A stretch of DNA of 42,857 nt from a virus. Numbering within the stretch: the first letter of the stretch is position 1; every line of letters begins with the position of its first letter. Location of the stretch: positions 1 to 42,857 of the IMG/VR virus record IMGVR_UViG_3300025006_000006, one strand, 5' to 3'. Of the stretch, positions 40,496-42,857 are shown in pieces. A program made the translations under genes and the position numbers. A model generated the notes under the pieces. It searched no databases. It was not told the DNA's origin and saw nothing but the letters and a program-made list of their open reading frames with translations.

Positions 40496-42857
40496 TCACT
40501 TGACCGGATTGTGCGAGTAGAAGCGGTTGGCCGGGTCTTCGCCCGCCGCATAGCTGCGGCCGCCGACGTGGATGCGCATCACCGGCTGGATGCCGACGCC
40601 GATCACGTCGACCACGCGCCGCCAGCCGTGATCGGTGAGCACCTCGTGACCGTACATGTCGGCGGCGAACATCGTGGCGCCGTCGCGCAGGTCGAACGGC
40701 GTGTGGATGGAGCACACCAGCGCTGCACCCCCCTCGGCGACGAGGCGCACGCACGGCTCAAACCGCACCCGTGCCGGCCACGACTGCCAGCGACGATAGC
40801 GATGGCCCCGGTGTGCGCAGTCCAGCCGCTGCCACCAGCGCACGTGCTTGGCGCGCAGGCCGGGTTGCAGCCATGAATCCACGTGCACGCAGCCGCCGCC
40901 GCCCGGCAACCCGCCACCGCCGCTGCCGGATGAGGGCACCGTGATGCTGCCGCCGATGTAGGCGTCGTCGAAGCTGTTGGCCGTGGCCGCGCTCTGCGTC
41001 GCCAGCCACGTCGGCGAGCCGCCGGCGTAGTTGTCGCGCGTGTAGATCTGGTAGGTCTGGCCCACGGTCAGGCCAGTTACGGCGTTGCTGACCGCGTTGT
41101 AGTTGATCGCCGCCGGCCCCATCGTCAGCGTGTGCGCCTGCACGTCGACGGCGCCGGCCGAGTAGACGGTCAACGCCGTGACGCTGCGCACGGCACCGTA
41201 GGCGCGAGACAAGCTGCTGGGCGTGTTGCGCTGGTCGCCCAAACGGTGCCCGCTACCTGGCACGCGCAGCCCCACGCGATTCACGCCGCCGCTGACATAC
41301 AGGTCAGCTTGCGCTGCTCGACCGTAGACGCTGCCGTCAGCAACGTCGGTATCGAGCGACGCCGCTTGCACATATTCGATGCTGCCGAGGACTACGTCGT
41401 AGTAGTCTGCCGCCAGCGTCGTAGCGCCGCCCGGGTTCGTGCAATAAGACGTCAGGAAGCAATAGCACGCCACCGCGCCCGTGGGCACCGTGCCTGTCAC
41501 CGTGACGGGTGAGGCAGAAAACACATCAGCATCGAAGATGTGATTCGCCACCCCCGCGCCAGCAGAGTCTCTAAAGCTCAAGTAGACCCGGTGATAGAAC
41601 GTCAGTCCTGCGTTGAGCGAACCGCTCACGCCGGCGCTGCGCCCGATGGCCAATGCATAGGGCTTGCCCGAGAGCACAGCGAACATGTCACTCCGGCAGT
41701 AAGCAGCATTGCCGGTCGTGCCTGCGGGGATCGGGAAGCCGGCGTAGGTGCGCACTCGCATCGATCCGTTGAACGGAATGCAAACCGACAACGGAGACCC
41801 GGCGCCAGCGCTTCCCGCCACGTAAGTCCACCCATCGATGATGGTGCCTGATGTAATGGCCACGCCGTTGGCTACCCCGGCGAAATTCTGGGTGAACGTC
41901 GGGTTGGCGATCGCATTTCGACCCGTGCCCAGTATCGACACCACACCCTGCGCCACCTGGGCCGACTTGACACGGCTGTATCCGCCACCATCGGCGATGT
42001 TTTCGAGCGTGCGGCCGCCGAGTCGCGTGATGGAGTCGGCCGCGAAAACACCATCTGACATCGTTTTGACGGTCGTGCCATTCCAAACTTTGGTCACGCG
42101 CCCGCTGGTGTCGGTGTAGCCCGATCCCACGCGGCGGTAATTGGTCCCGTCCGCTACATCCGCATCGAGGTTGACGCTGTTCTTGCTCGCGAGGGTGCCG
42201 GCGTCGCTGATCGTCGCCAGCGGCTGAGTGCCCGTCGCGTTGGCCCGCGCGAGGAAGTAATCGCCCGTGCGCATGCCGTTGTAGTACAAGCCGATCGGGC
42301 GGTTACTGGTGTCGGTGAAGCTCGCCGCCACGCGGCGGTAATTGAGATCGTCGCCGATGTAGCTCTGGGTCTTGTTGACGTGCCCGGGCTGACTGAAGTC
42401 GATCACGGCCAGCCCGTTGCCGTCGACCTGATGCACGCCGTAGCGACCGCCACCGTCCGGCACTTCGCCCAGGTCGGCCGGCAACAACGACAGCACGAAA
42501 TCATCGGTCGTGTAGCTGCCAGCCGAGTGGTCGAAAACAGCCGCCGCAGCCACCGCATAAACGGCTCCTGCCGGTGCCACGCCGATGGCGCGCGAAAGTG
42601 TTGGCGTAGAGACCGTCCCGGTGATCGTGTTGCCGGGCGTGCTATCTGACACATGCGCACCAGTAACGGTGAAGAAGCGCACCATCGCGCCGGCCACGCC
42701 ATCGGCCCCGGAAGCGGTGAGCATGCACTGCACCGCTACCTGTTGACCCAGCTTCACCGCGATCCGGCGATTGTTGTACACCGCCGAGTCCGACGCCGCG
42801 CCCGTGCCCGTGCGCTTCGCCGACTGTGTCGCCGCGTCATAGGCCCAGCCGCCTTCG
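40496..42857 (-). CDS. C-terminal part (from the junction) of the 1,026-aa tail fibre protein, ending in a Hint-like domain
   Basis: The frame is open to the window end and continuous with 1-846. It has two CBM/galactose-binding-like regions, repeated NYRRV..(Y/F)TDTS(N/G)R motifs, a Gly-rich linker, then the Cys-initiated Hint-like 131 aa. Confidence 0.8.
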   Translation of the reverse strand, partial: EGGWAYDAATQSAKRTGTGAASDSAVYNNRRIAVKLGQQVAVQCMLTASGADGVAGAMVRFFTVTGAHVSDSTPGNTITGTVSTPTLSRAIGVAPAGAVYAVAAAAVFDHSAGSYTTDDFVLSLLPADLGEVPDGGGRYGVHQVDGNGLAVIDFSQPGHVNKTQSYIGDDLNYRRVAASFTDTSNRPIGLYYNGMRTGDYFLARANATGTQPLATISDAGTLASKNSVNLDADVADGTNYRRVGSGYTDTSGRVTKVWNGTTVKTMSDGVFAADSITRLGGRTLENIADGGGYSRVKSAQVAQGVVSILGTGRNAIANPTFTQNFAGVANGVAITSGTIIDGWTYVAGSAGAGSPLSVCIPFNGSMRVRTYAGFPIPAGTTGNAAYCRSDMFAVLSGKPYALAIGRSAGVSGSLNAGLTFYHRVYLSFRDSAGAGVANHIFDADVFSASPVTVTGTVPTGAVACYCFLTSYCTNPGGATTLAADYYDVVLGSIEYVQAASLDTDVADGSVYGRAAQADLYVSGGVNRVGLRVPGSGHRLGDQRNTPSSLSRAYGAVRSVTALTVYSAGAVDVQAHTLTMGPAAINYNAVSNAVTGLTVGQTYQIYTRDNYAGGSPTWLATQSAATANSFDDAYIGGSITVPSSGSGGGGLPGGGGCVHVDSWLQPGLRAKHVRWWQRLDCAHRGHRYRRWQSWPARVRFEPCVRLVAEGGAALVCSIHTPFDLRDGATMFAADMYGHEVLTDHGWRRVVDVIGVGIQPVMRIHVGGRSYAAGEDPANRFYSHNPVK
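42731..42857. repeat. Terminal direct repeat copy 2, identical to 1-127
   Basis: Same 127 nt as the window start. This implies a unit genome length of 42,730 bp. Confidence 0.95.

Noticed and set aside
40700-40880. The Arg/Trp-rich stretch in the Hint-like region as evidence that the whole C-terminal domain is an out-of-frame artefact.
   Set aside because: The flanking Hint blocks (N-terminal Cys block and C-terminal HN block) are in the same frame on both sides of the stretch. The two alternative frames give poorer sequence. I kept it as a caveat rather than a rejection of the domain.
1-42857. Search for CRISPR arrays, tRNA/rRNA genes, reverse transcriptase (DGR or retron) and transposase/IS elements.
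   Set aside because: I saw no regularly spaced direct repeats, no cloverleaf-compatible sequence in the few intergenic gaps, no YxDD-type RT ORF and no DDE transposase-like ORF. The fibre repeats are protein-level motifs only.

Overview
The window is one complete, circularly closed genome of about 42,730 bp. Bases 1-127 are identical to 42731-42857. It is a GC-rich temperate, lambda-like siphovirus or excised prophage, roughly two-thirds G+C by eye (not computed). I found no rRNA, tRNA or CRISPR. Almost all genes lie on the minus strand and are tightly packed, often with ATGA/GTGA start-stop overlaps. Reading the minus strand from about 36914 downwards gives this order: two Cro-like XRE genes, a short serine recombinase and many small early genes. 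Next come a third tyrosine recombinase, RdgC, a MazG-like protein and a 632-aa C5 DNA methyltransferase. These are followed by a GemA-like gene, lambda O-like and P-like replication genes with iterons inside the O-like gene, and a 280-bp structured non-coding spacer. The late genes then run: tyrosine recombinase 1, an HTH protein and possible small terminase, large terminase, a portal-MuF fusion, protease/scaffold, decoration protein, and major capsid with a strong terminator. The order continues with head-tail joining genes, tail tube, and G/G-T chaperones with an A_AAA_AAC -1 frameshift site. The tail end has the tape measure, M/L/K-like proteins, an I-J-like tip protein, and a 1,026-aa tail fibre that crosses the circular junction, followed by the lysis cassette (GH108 endolysin, holin, overlapped spanins). 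Only three genes are on the plus strand: a cI-like repressor, a lower-GC lipoprotein moron, and tyrosine recombinase 2. The most unusual points are as follows. (1) The tail fibre ends in a Hint/intein-like autoprocessing domain. (2) One 42.7-kb phage carries four site-specific recombinases, none in a classical int-att position. (3) The C5 methyltransferase has six to seven tandem target-recognition-like modules. (4) A structured non-coding spacer and an AT-rich region are candidate att/cos/regulatory sites. (5) There is a C9 homopolymer tract in an early gene and a perfect 12-bp hairpin nearby. All functional calls come from reading motifs and gene order by eye; no database search was run.
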